Below, in pieces: positions 20,379 to 29,307 of a DNA stretch of 64,000 nt. The stretch's first letter is position 1, and the number at the start of each line of letters is the position of its first letter. The translations under genes and the position numbers were made by a program. The notes beneath the pieces are model-generated. The model was not told the origin of the DNA, ran no database searches, and saw only the letters and a list, made by a program, of their open reading frames with translations. Source of the DNA: Alphaproteobacteria bacterium (GTDB taxonomy: Bacteria > Pseudomonadota > Alphaproteobacteria > Rs-D84); NCBI GenBank assembly GCA_031549365.1, contig JAVBPX010000007.1, positions 10,502-74,501 of the forward strand. Reading direction: 5' to 3'.

Positions 20379-21337
20379 TGCTCGCAAAAAAATATCTGAA
20401 TAAAATTGTAACTGTAAAAATGGATCGTCCTTTGGGTTCGAAACATCCAAAACATGGGTTTATTTATGAAACAAATTACGGCTTTATCCCAAACACAATT
20501 TCCGGCGATGGCGAAGAATTGGATGCGTATGTTTTGGGGCCAGATAAACCACTGGATGAATTCACAGGACGCTGTATTGCCATTATCCACAGAACCGATG
20601 ATGACGATGATAAATTAGTGATCGTTCCCGATGGTCTGGATTTGGATGATGAAACAATAGAATCTGAAACCGCATTCCAAGAAAAATGGTTCAAGCATAT
20701 AATTATTCGTGGCGGAGCTTATATTTTTGTCGCTGGTGGTGGCGATCGCGAAGATAGCGCAGAACTTGATAAACACTTCTTCGATTGCATCCCAACAAAT
20801 GGAAAAATTCTTTATTGCCCCGCGGCATTGGATTCGGATAAATATATGGGGGCATTGAAATGGTTCACCGACCTGGTTCGTCATTATCATGAAACAGCAA
20901 TAATAGAAATGCTGACCGAAGATAATGCAACCACAATCAATCTTAACGATTATGACGCAGTATATATTGGTGGTGGAAATACTTATAAACTGATGGACTT
21001 TATTGTAACCAAGGGTATGGACGTAAAATTAAAAGAATATATCAAATCCGGTGGTGTTATTTACGGAGGCAGTGCCGGTGCAATTATATTCGGAAAGTCA
21101 ATCGATACAGCGCGTCAGGCAGATGACTCAACTGGATATAACCACACCAAGGGATTAAACCTATTAAACGAAGTCAGTATCGCATGCCATTGGCCGGAAC
21201 ACGAAGAGTATGTCCGCCAATTTTCGATTGATAATTTTATGGCGCGAATTTATTGCCTCCCCGAAAATTGCGGAATGATTTTCGATGACCAAGGAGAATT
21301 ATTAATGACCATCGGAAACGGGATAGAGATTTTATAA
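20378..21337 (+). CDS. Fusion of inorganic pyrophosphatase-like domain and peptidase S51 (peptidase E-like)
   Basis: N-terminal DRPLGSKHP...NYGFI...DGEELDAY...DDKL; C-terminal GGGNT and GGSAGA. Confidence 0.8.
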   Translation: MLAKKYLNKIVTVKMDRPLGSKHPKHGFIYETNYGFIPNTISGDGEELDAYVLGPDKPLDEFTGRCIAIIHRTDDDDDKLVIVPDGLDLDDETIESETAFQEKWFKHIIIRGGAYIFVAGGGDREDSAELDKHFFDCIPTNGKILYCPAALDSDKYMGALKWFTDLVRHYHETAIIEMLTEDNATTINLNDYDAVYIGGGNTYKLMDFIVTKGMDVKLKEYIKSGGVIYGGSAGAIIFGKSIDTARQADDSTGYNHTKGLNLLNEVSIACHWPEHEEYVRQFSIDNFMARIYCLPENCGMIFDDQGELLMTIGNGIEIL

Positions 21338-21366
21338 AGATAAAATAACACCATAGAATATATAAA

Positions 21367-21891
21367 ATGACAGATTTTAAAATAAGAAATGCCAAGCCAG
21401 AAGATGCATCGGAAATCGCAAAGGTTATCCAAAGCGCAAGCAACATAGTTTATCGCGGCGTAATGTCGGATGAGCTTTTAAATCAAATGGCCACACCCGA
21501 ATATTTAGAAGTTAGTACAGAAAAATTTAAAAATCGCATAGAAGATCAAAACAATGTCTCGCTAGTCGCCGTTGATAGTTCTGGTCGTATTTTGGGGTTC
21601 GTTTATGGCGGTAAAAGCAATGAGCAACTTAAAACAGATTGTGAACTTCATGCTCTCTATGTCCGTCCATCGGCTCAGAGTTCGGGTATTGGTCGAGAAC
21701 TTATGATGCAGTTTGCAAAACAAATGAAAATCCGTGGAGCAAAGACATTCGGTCTAGGCTGCCTCACCGCCAATAAAAGTTATAAATTTTATGAACGGAT
21801 GGGCGGTAAACCAATTTTGGAAACCATAAGCTCACGTGAAAACCTCCCAGAAACGTATTTTGAATATTCAATTGAAAAGTTAATTAACTAA
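21367..21891 (+). CDS. GNAT N-acetyltransferase
   Basis: IRNAKPEDA, ELHALYVRPSAQSSGIG and FYERMGG motifs. Confidence 0.9.
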   Translation: MTDFKIRNAKPEDASEIAKVIQSASNIVYRGVMSDELLNQMATPEYLEVSTEKFKNRIEDQNNVSLVAVDSSGRILGFVYGGKSNEQLKTDCELHALYVRPSAQSSGIGRELMMQFAKQMKIRGAKTFGLGCLTANKSYKFYERMGGKPILETISSRENLPETYFEYSIEKLIN

Positions 21892-22116
21892 GATATAAGA
21901 AACACCTAAACAGGCGGTTTATTTAAAAACATAGGAAATGCCTAGCTAAAGCATAAAACAACCAACACTCTCATAATACTAATGATTTTACAAAATAAAC
22001 AACTGAAAATTAACAGATTTTAACTGATGCTAGAATATTTCACATATTTTTCAACTTGACTTATTCGTCAAATCTGCATAATAGAATATATAATATTTCA
22101 GCCAAATGAGACGCTT

Positions 22117-23421
22117 ATGAGCAGACACATCGTGATCAGAAAAGAAACATATGGAACTATTGTTTTCTCTCCAGATAAAGCTTGTTTTTATGAAATAAAA
22201 GATACAACCTTAAAAGATTTATTGATCAAAGACCCAAATTTTTTGTCCGCAGTGGAAAAGACGAAATACGCCAATGAGCTTCAAACTCTTGGCGTTTTTT
22301 CTTATCCAGTCCGAATTATTGATAATACAAATAGTAATTCATTTATCCCATTAGAGGCTTATTTTGATTACACATCAAAATGCAACCGAACATGTAGGTA
22401 TTGTTATAACAAAGATTTTATTAACCAAACAACTATGAAACCATCAATTGTTCAAAAAGTTTTCAATGATTTTTATGATCTTGGAATAATGAGAGTTCAT
22501 TTAGCCGGAGGAGAGCCAACGATAGATTATGACGGTATCAAAAACTATATTGAATATGGGAACAAAAAAGGAATGGTCATTTCTATGGCTACAAATGGTA
22601 CTCTTTTGGATGATAAAATGTGCGATCTGCTGACCTCAAATGATTTACTGTCTGTTAGTTTTAGCATTGATTCCGCATCCAAAGAAAAAAATGATGAACG
22701 CAGAGGTGTTGGAACATTTGATAAATTAATCTCCGGAGTAGAAACATTGGGCAGATATAAAATATTGAATAACAGTTCAGTAGAGATTTGCTTTAAACCC
22801 GTTTATTCCCCAAGCTTTACGAAGCAAGAAGCAATAGATTTAATTGATTTAGCAATAAGTTTAGGTGTTGAAAAAGTTAAATTTGCAAATCCTGAGCGCT
22901 GTTTGTTTCATGAACAAAGATACTATGGAAAGATAAGTTCTGAGTATTATAACACATCTGAAATGCTTCAATCTGTCATTGATGACTATAAACTTAAAAT
23001 CGCATTAACAAACATTACTAATCCCGTATTTTGTAATGCAGATATTGGAATTTTTGAAAATAAAGGATGTATTGGCGCTCAAGAGCTTATAACAATAAAT
23101 CCAGATGGAAGAATTACACCATGTTTAATGAACCACACATTACTGGGTAATTATTATGATTATGAATCTCTATCTCGGTTTCTGGATACATCCAAAGAAT
23201 TAAAAGAATATAGAAAGTCAATAATTACAAAATCTTGTTTCAGTTGCCAATCTTACAAACAATGTCGTGGTGGCTGCCAGGTCAGAAAAATAGTCGAGTT
23301 TGGAAAAATTCAAGGTATTGACCCCCTGTGCCCAATAAAAATGGTTCAACATAAAATAAAACAAACAAATGTAATAAAAAATGAAGCAATCAAAAGAATA
23401 AACGTTTTTCATTCTCTATAA
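22117..23421 (+). CDS. Radical SAM/SPASM protein
   Basis: CNRTCRYC, GGEP and TNG motifs; SPASM cysteines GC...PC...CFSC...CRGGC...C. Confidence 0.92.
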   Translation: MSRHIVIRKETYGTIVFSPDKACFYEIKDTTLKDLLIKDPNFLSAVEKTKYANELQTLGVFSYPVRIIDNTNSNSFIPLEAYFDYTSKCNRTCRYCYNKDFINQTTMKPSIVQKVFNDFYDLGIMRVHLAGGEPTIDYDGIKNYIEYGNKKGMVISMATNGTLLDDKMCDLLTSNDLLSVSFSIDSASKEKNDERRGVGTFDKLISGVETLGRYKILNNSSVEICFKPVYSPSFTKQEAIDLIDLAISLGVEKVKFANPERCLFHEQRYYGKISSEYYNTSEMLQSVIDDYKLKIALTNITNPVFCNADIGIFENKGCIGAQELITINPDGRITPCLMNHTLLGNYYDYESLSRFLDTSKELKEYRKSIITKSCFSCQSYKQCRGGCQVRKIVEFGKIQGIDPLCPIKMVQHKIKQTNVIKNEAIKRINVFHSL

Positions 23422-23430
23422 GGAAACACA

Positions 23431-24735
23431 ATGAAGATTTTTCTCATCAGACATGCTTTATCAGAAGGAAATGTAAATCACATAATTCAAGGAAATGAGT
23501 ATGATTATGGAATAAGCCAACAAGGGAAAAACAATCTGAATTCGGTCAAAGAAAATTTAAAAGACAAAGGAATTTCATTCATCCTTCACAGCCCTTCTGC
23601 AAGAACTCTGGAAACAGCAGAATATATTTCCAAAAGTCTGAATATTCCAAAACAATCTGTTTCTGAATTAAGGGAATTTGATTCAGGAGTTTTGGCAGGA
23701 TTAACACATGAACAAGCAAAAAAGGACTTTCCTAAATATTATGATGAATGGATAAAAAGAGGAGATTTAGACTTTATTCCGGGTGCAGAGAAAGGGGATA
23801 ACTTACAAGCAAGATCGATTTATATAGCAAAAATACTCCAACAGTACAAAGATGAAACTATTTTAATAATATCGCACGCTGGGTTTATGAGATCTCTTAT
23901 AAATCTGCTATCATCAAAGGCCAGAATATCGCCTATCAATGTTGAGCATGAATATATCCATGAATTAAATATTGATTTAGATGAACATGAAGAAATAATA
24001 AAAAATCTTCCAAACAAATCATTATCTAAAGTAAAAACACACGAAAAAACATACGTTATTAAAACACGTAAAAGCACAGAATCCCTACCTGATGTTTTAT
24101 ACTATAAGCTATCAGAAGTGGGATTAATTCCAAGATTATGTTTCCTAAAATTAGAACATAATAATTTCACTTCTGTATCTATATGGGAAGATGGATATCA
24201 TTTACACGGAAAACTCGAATACAGCAATTTAATCCGGCTTATAAAAGCAGTAGCGACTTTATTCAATATTATAAATGAAAATAATTATAGTAATATACGA
24301 AAGTTTTCAGACATCGTTAATTGCACTTTATCTAAAAATTTATCTTACTCGGAAGTTTTAAAGATATGCCTTAATAAATTGCCAGTAGAAAACAAAATAA
24401 TTCACTATGATTTACATAGAGACAACATCTTATTTCAAAAAGATTTAATAAAAATTCTTGATGTTGACTCTTTGACTATGGGTAGTAAATTACTGCAAAT
24501 TGGAAGCTTTATCGTATCTTCATTTTTAATAGAAGATTATGATGAAAGTATCATTGATAATGTGTTGTATATCTGGAACTCCGATTATTCAAAAGAAGAT
24601 TTAATCCCGGCTATTATAGCTAAGGCTATCTTGTCATACAATTATTTTGAAAAAAATAAAGATGCTCAAAATAGAGAACATTACTTGCAAAAATATAATA
24701 GCGTAATAAAACATTTTATAGGAAGTATCACATGA
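23431..24735 (+). CDS. Histidine phosphatase fused to APH/choline-kinase-like phosphotransferase
   Basis: N-terminal RHA.SEGN, SPSART, LRE and SHAG; C-terminal HYDLHRDNIL...ILDVD. Confidence 0.8.
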   Translation: MKIFLIRHALSEGNVNHIIQGNEYDYGISQQGKNNLNSVKENLKDKGISFILHSPSARTLETAEYISKSLNIPKQSVSELREFDSGVLAGLTHEQAKKDFPKYYDEWIKRGDLDFIPGAEKGDNLQARSIYIAKILQQYKDETILIISHAGFMRSLINLLSSKARISPINVEHEYIHELNIDLDEHEEIIKNLPNKSLSKVKTHEKTYVIKTRKSTESLPDVLYYKLSEVGLIPRLCFLKLEHNNFTSVSIWEDGYHLHGKLEYSNLIRLIKAVATLFNIINENNYSNIRKFSDIVNCTLSKNLSYSEVLKICLNKLPVENKIIHYDLHRDNILFQKDLIKILDVDSLTMGSKLLQIGSFIVSSFLIEDYDESIIDNVLYIWNSDYSKEDLIPAIIAKAILSYNYFEKNKDAQNREHYLQKYNSVIKHFIGSIT

Positions 24736-25967
24736 AAATTGCAATAGTCTCTTTTTATCATCGATACCAGGAATACCCAACTCAATACAGTTTGGCATCA
24801 CTACGCCTCCATCAATATATTTCCCATCATGGTTTTGATAGTCAAATAGTACCATTTTATCTGGACCAAGATAATATTGATATTGCCATTAAGGAGTTAA
24901 GCGACCAGCTTTCAAAATTTGATATCATCGGGTTATCATCATATCATTGGACAAAGAAATATGTAAAAGAAATTTCATCTTTATTAAAAATTAAAAATAA
25001 TAAATCCCAAGTTATCATAGGTGGACCAGAAGCAGAGAATGTAAACCCAAATGAATGGGAAAATGAAATATTTGTAGTTGGAGAAGGTGAGAACTCACTA
25101 ATGCAAACCATCAACTATATAAAACGCGGTAAAAAAGATCTCTTGTTTTTCCAAGAGAATACTAATATTTTTGATAAAAATAACCCTGCAAATGAAAAAA
25201 TTGAAACTGAAATTCCATGTTTTAAAAGCCTATTCTCTGGCCTCTCATTTTATGATAGATCTTTCGCATGGTATGAAACAAATCGCGGATGTAGTTATTC
25301 TTGTGGGTATTGTGGACATAAAACTAGGAATAAAGTTGCCTTCTTTAACGACAAAATTATCGAAGATGAAATCAAACAAATTGGCACTATTGGATTTGAA
25401 AAAGTCTTTGTTATTGACCCTAATTTCGGAGGCAATAAAGAGAAAGGGAAACAAATTTTAAAGAAGTTTCATCAATTTGCACCAGATTCAAAATTAACAA
25501 TATATTTAAGACCCGAATTTATTGATGATGAATACATAAATCTTCTTAAAAAAACAAAATTAGCCGAAGTCCGCATAGGAATTCAAACAATTAATGAAAA
25601 CGTTCCCATGTGGGTTCGTTTCAATTCTATGAAGCATGTTCGACAAGAGCTACCAAAACTTTCACAAAATAACATAGAATGGAAAGCCGAACTAATTGTT
25701 GGTTTGCCAGGGGATAATGTGAATGGGTTGCTTCACAGCATTGATTTTGTTGAAAATTCCCTCAAACCATTTTCTTATATGTGCTATCATCTAACCATTA
25801 TAAAAAATACCAAAATAAACAAACTTGTAAATAACTTTAGTAACCCATTATGGCTAAAAATTGATCAAGACAGAAAAGTCAAAGAAGCATCAACCTACTC
25901 AAGTAATGAACTTCAATTGATGCTAGATATCTCCAAAGAAAAAGTATTAAAATACAACCACCGATAG
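24732..25967 (+). CDS. Cobalamin-binding (class B-like) radical SAM protein
   Basis: IIGGPEA...VGEGE B12-domain motifs; ETNRGCSYSCGYC; IVGLPGD. Confidence 0.88.
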   Translation: MKIAIVSFYHRYQEYPTQYSLASLRLHQYISHHGFDSQIVPFYLDQDNIDIAIKELSDQLSKFDIIGLSSYHWTKKYVKEISSLLKIKNNKSQVIIGGPEAENVNPNEWENEIFVVGEGENSLMQTINYIKRGKKDLLFFQENTNIFDKNNPANEKIETEIPCFKSLFSGLSFYDRSFAWYETNRGCSYSCGYCGHKTRNKVAFFNDKIIEDEIKQIGTIGFEKVFVIDPNFGGNKEKGKQILKKFHQFAPDSKLTIYLRPEFIDDEYINLLKKTKLAEVRIGIQTINENVPMWVRFNSMKHVRQELPKLSQNNIEWKAELIVGLPGDNVNGLLHSIDFVENSLKPFSYMCYHLTIIKNTKINKLVNNFSNPLWLKIDQDRKVKEASTYSSNELQLMLDISKEKVLKYNHR

Positions 25968-25968
25968 A

Positions 25969-27807
25969 TTATTTTAAAAAATCATTCAATCTATCGGCAA
26001 TTTTCTTATCAATCAGATTTTTTTTTAAGGAAACGATTTCATCTATTGGCAAACCTTTAAGACCATTTGCAACAGTCATTATTTTTTCATTCTCAGCTTT
26101 AAGCCAATTTTTTGCCATAGATACAACCTGGTCGATTTTAACCATTCCTTTTTCACCAGTTGATCTTACTTTCCATTCAGCAGAACCCTGTTCCAAAGTC
26201 CGTTGACTAATAACAAACTGCAGAGGAACACCCAATAAGTCTATATCGGCAAACTTTTCACCGGCACTGGTGTTTCTGTCATCCAAGATAACTTCAATGC
26301 CTTCTTTTTGCATTTGTTTATACAAATCATTCGCTTGGTTTTCAATGGTTTTGTCTTCTGATTTTCCTGCCAGTGCAACGATGGATACTTTCCATGGTGC
26401 AATCGATACTGGCCAAATAGGACCACGCTCATCATATCTTGCTTCAACTACACTTGCCATTAATCGTCCAATTCCAATGCCATAGCATCCCATAATGGGC
26501 GTTTGAATCTTTGTATTTTCATCCATATATGACATTTTCATAGATTTGGTATATTTATCACCCAATTGGAATATATTACCAACCTCGATACCTCTGTGAA
26601 CTTTGATTGGGCTTCCACATTTTTGACATAAATCACCATCTTGCACGGATACTAAATCAAACAACTCTGCTGTTGGAATATCTCGCTTGATATTGAAATT
26701 AGCAAAATGATATCCTTCTTCATTGGCTCCTGTAACAAGGTTCTTTTCTAAAGTCAAACCTTCATCAACAATAACTCTCGCGTTTTTTAATTTATACCCA
26801 GAAGCATATCCAGGGACTACTCCAGAATTATCAAATGCAATATCATCTGCGAATTCGGGCATCGCTTGCAAAATTTTCGACAATTTACTTTCATTTACAT
26901 CTCTGTCGCCACGAATCATAACTACAATAGTTCTTTTGTCCCCATCAACAGGTTTATAAACGACAGTCTTTGCAAAACGATTTGATGGCATTTTTAACAA
27001 TTTTGAAACTTCTTCGATTGTTTCTGCATTTGGTGTATAGATTTTTTCCAATGGCTTTTCTGTGTCATTTTCATTAACTACGGTAATCTTTGAGTTTGCA
27101 ACTTCTTTGTTTGCTTTGTAATCGCAGTCTGAGCAAGTGATAATTGTGTCCTCTCCGGATGAGGTTAACAACATGTACTCGTGGGCAACTTTACCACCCA
27201 TCATACCACTGTCTGATTTAATAGCAATGACTTCTGGAATCCCAGCCCTCGCAAAAATACGACTGTATGCAATAGCTGCCCTTGCATAGTAGCCTTCCAA
27301 ATCTTCCTGAGAGGTATGGAAAGAATATGCATCTTTCATGGTGAATTCCTTAACTCGGATTAACCCTCCGCGTGGACGAGCTTCGTCCCTGAACTTCTTC
27401 GCGAATTGGTATATTGTAAATGGATAATCTTTATAGCTGGTAGCCTCAGTCCTTGCCAAAGCAACAGCAGTCTCTTCATGAGTCATGGCCAAAACCATGT
27501 CATGTTCGTTTCTGTCTTTGAAACGAGCCAATTCATCATTAATGGCGAAATAACGGCCAGATTCTTCCCAAAGCTCTTTTGGTTGAACCAAAGGCATTTC
27601 AACTTCTTGCCCATCAATATTATTCATCTCTTCACGGACAATAGCTTCTATATTCTTTAAAACCTTTAAACCAGGCAATAATGAAGAAAATATCCCACTG
27701 AAAACAGGACGAACATACCCACCACGAATGAGTAACTCATGGCTTTTTAATTTGGTATCACTTGGCTTTTCTTTATAACGTTTGCCAAGAAGTTGATTTA
27801 TCTTCAT
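25969..27807 (-). CDS. proS: Proline-tRNA ligase with editing insertion domain (island-borne)
   Basis: LWEESGR, THEE, KFRDEARPRGGL, GIEVGNIFQLG and MGCYGIG motifs. Confidence 0.95.
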   Translation of the reverse strand: MKINQLLGKRYKEKPSDTKLKSHELLIRGGYVRPVFSGIFSSLLPGLKVLKNIEAIVREEMNNIDGQEVEMPLVQPKELWEESGRYFAINDELARFKDRNEHDMVLAMTHEETAVALARTEATSYKDYPFTIYQFAKKFRDEARPRGGLIRVKEFTMKDAYSFHTSQEDLEGYYARAAIAYSRIFARAGIPEVIAIKSDSGMMGGKVAHEYMLLTSSGEDTIITCSDCDYKANKEVANSKITVVNENDTEKPLEKIYTPNAETIEEVSKLLKMPSNRFAKTVVYKPVDGDKRTIVVMIRGDRDVNESKLSKILQAMPEFADDIAFDNSGVVPGYASGYKLKNARVIVDEGLTLEKNLVTGANEEGYHFANFNIKRDIPTAELFDLVSVQDGDLCQKCGSPIKVHRGIEVGNIFQLGDKYTKSMKMSYMDENTKIQTPIMGCYGIGIGRLMASVVEARYDERGPIWPVSIAPWKVSIVALAGKSEDKTIENQANDLYKQMQKEGIEVILDDRNTSAGEKFADIDLLGVPLQFVISQRTLEQGSAEWKVRSTGEKGMVKIDQVVSMAKNWLKAENEKIMTVANGLKGLPIDEIVSLKKNLIDKKIADRLNDFLK

Positions 27808-27850
27808 TTCATGCCCTTTTTTTGATGTATTCTAGTCATATTCTACGGCA

Positions 27851-27878
27851 ATTATAAATCTAAATCACGTAAAGTCAA
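27851..27878 (-). promoter_or_regulatory. Sigma70-type promoter of the island proS
   Basis: TTGACT-16 bp-TATAAT on the minus strand. Confidence 0.55.
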
Positions 27879-27924
27879 CAAAATACAAGTGTTATTAACA
27901 TAATCCTATAAGCCGAAAACTCAA

Positions 27925-29307
27925 TCACATAAAGAATCGGTATTGATACTTTTGCCTAATAATTTCTGGGACATCCCTAACTACTTGGGCAAAAAGACTA
28001 GAATAGTGCAGCGTTATTGGGATTGACTTATACAAAGTATTATTGTTCCAATCAACCTTGGTCAATCCCAATATTGCGCTACACGTATCATGCCAGCCAT
28101 TTGATCCCAAAAACTTTTTTACAAGTACAGGCCGTGGCATAGGAGTTAAAGCGCCTTCTTTAAAAACAGAACGACCAGAAAGATCAACTGTGCCCTGAAT
28201 CCATAAAAGACATTCATTGTTTTTAAATGGTATATAACAACCACGGTTAATCGGATATCCGTCCGCTTGTTTTGCTGCCCTTATCTTTATTCCTTGCCAG
28301 TCAGTATGCTGTATTTGTATTAACTCTAGTTCAATTCCACTGCCAAGCGCCTTTCTACAACCATTTATTTCATCAGAGGAAAAAGGTATTGTTTTATGTA
28401 TGGTAATTTTTTTTGGTATTTTACCAGAGTGAGTATTTTGATATACCTGCAGACTTCTAGACATAATGTTCATGGTCTCTTGTTCGCTAAGATATGGATT
28501 TCTGTTATTCTCATCCATTGTAAAGTCGGTAACATCATATGCGATAAATTCAAACCCGATACCCGCGGAGTCAAAAATTTGGCTGCAACATGTTATATAG
28601 CTCGAACCTTCAGACTGTTTATTCATCGCATAACTGAGTCCAACAAAAGCCTCATCATTAGTGGTAACATCTAATTTCCAGGGGATTCCGCCAGCTTTTG
28701 CATAAGTAGCTATGCTTATTCCCCACATAACATTAGCTCGGCAATTTCCACTGGATTTATCGGTAATTATTTGAATAGGCACCCCTAATGGTGCTGCAAT
28801 AGCTTTTATGAAATTATGAAGATCAAAATCAGGCGTTTTAAAAATCCCATGCCATGTATCTGGCAAATAAAGAAATAAAACTTCAAATCTCATCTTTTGT
28901 TGATTTATAGATATCAAAACCTCTTTGAATTTTTGTTTGAAAGAGCATATGTCACCACTCCTGGCAAAAACATCAATCTCAGAATCAAATTCAAAGTTTA
29001 AAGAGCTGTCCAAAACTATTTTGGTTCTGAAAATATTTTCAAAACCTATATAATCTGGATAATATTCTGGTGCATATAATGGTTTGATCGTTGAGGATAA
29101 TTCTGTCATAACTCCAGAAATTTTACCATTTCCACCAATAGGGGTCAGGCTGGCAATACGTATTGTATCTAAATATTTTAAATCCAAACTGTATGGTCCA
29201 AATGCTTTCAAGCCCAAAAGAGGATTTACAGATTTATTGCCGCCAGCAAATACCAATTCAGGTTCTTTAACCTGTGAATATGCAGATAATCTAGAGGTAG
29301 TAGTCAT
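27925..29307 (-). CDS. Short prokaryotic Argonaute (MID-PIWI)
   Basis: EPELVFAG, GLKAFGPYS, YAKAGGIPWKL, AFVGLSYA and GLTKVDWNN motifs; 460 aa with no PAZ domain. Confidence 0.92.
   Translation of the reverse strand: MTTTSRLSAYSQVKEPELVFAGGNKSVNPLLGLKAFGPYSLDLKYLDTIRIASLTPIGGNGKISGVMTELSSTIKPLYAPEYYPDYIGFENIFRTKIVLDSSLNFEFDSEIDVFARSGDICSFKQKFKEVLISINQQKMRFEVLFLYLPDTWHGIFKTPDFDLHNFIKAIAAPLGVPIQIITDKSSGNCRANVMWGISIATYAKAGGIPWKLDVTTNDEAFVGLSYAMNKQSEGSSYITCCSQIFDSAGIGFEFIAYDVTDFTMDENNRNPYLSEQETMNIMSRSLQVYQNTHSGKIPKKITIHKTIPFSSDEINGCRKALGSGIELELIQIQHTDWQGIKIRAAKQADGYPINRGCYIPFKNNECLLWIQGTVDLSGRSVFKEGALTPMPRPVLVKKFLGSNGWHDTCSAILGLTKVDWNNNTLYKSIPITLHYSSLFAQVVRDVPEIIRQKYQYRFFM

Noticed and set aside
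21892-22116. RiPP precursor peptide upstream of the SPASM enzyme
   Set aside because: No convincing small ORF with an SD; the region looks like a promoter.
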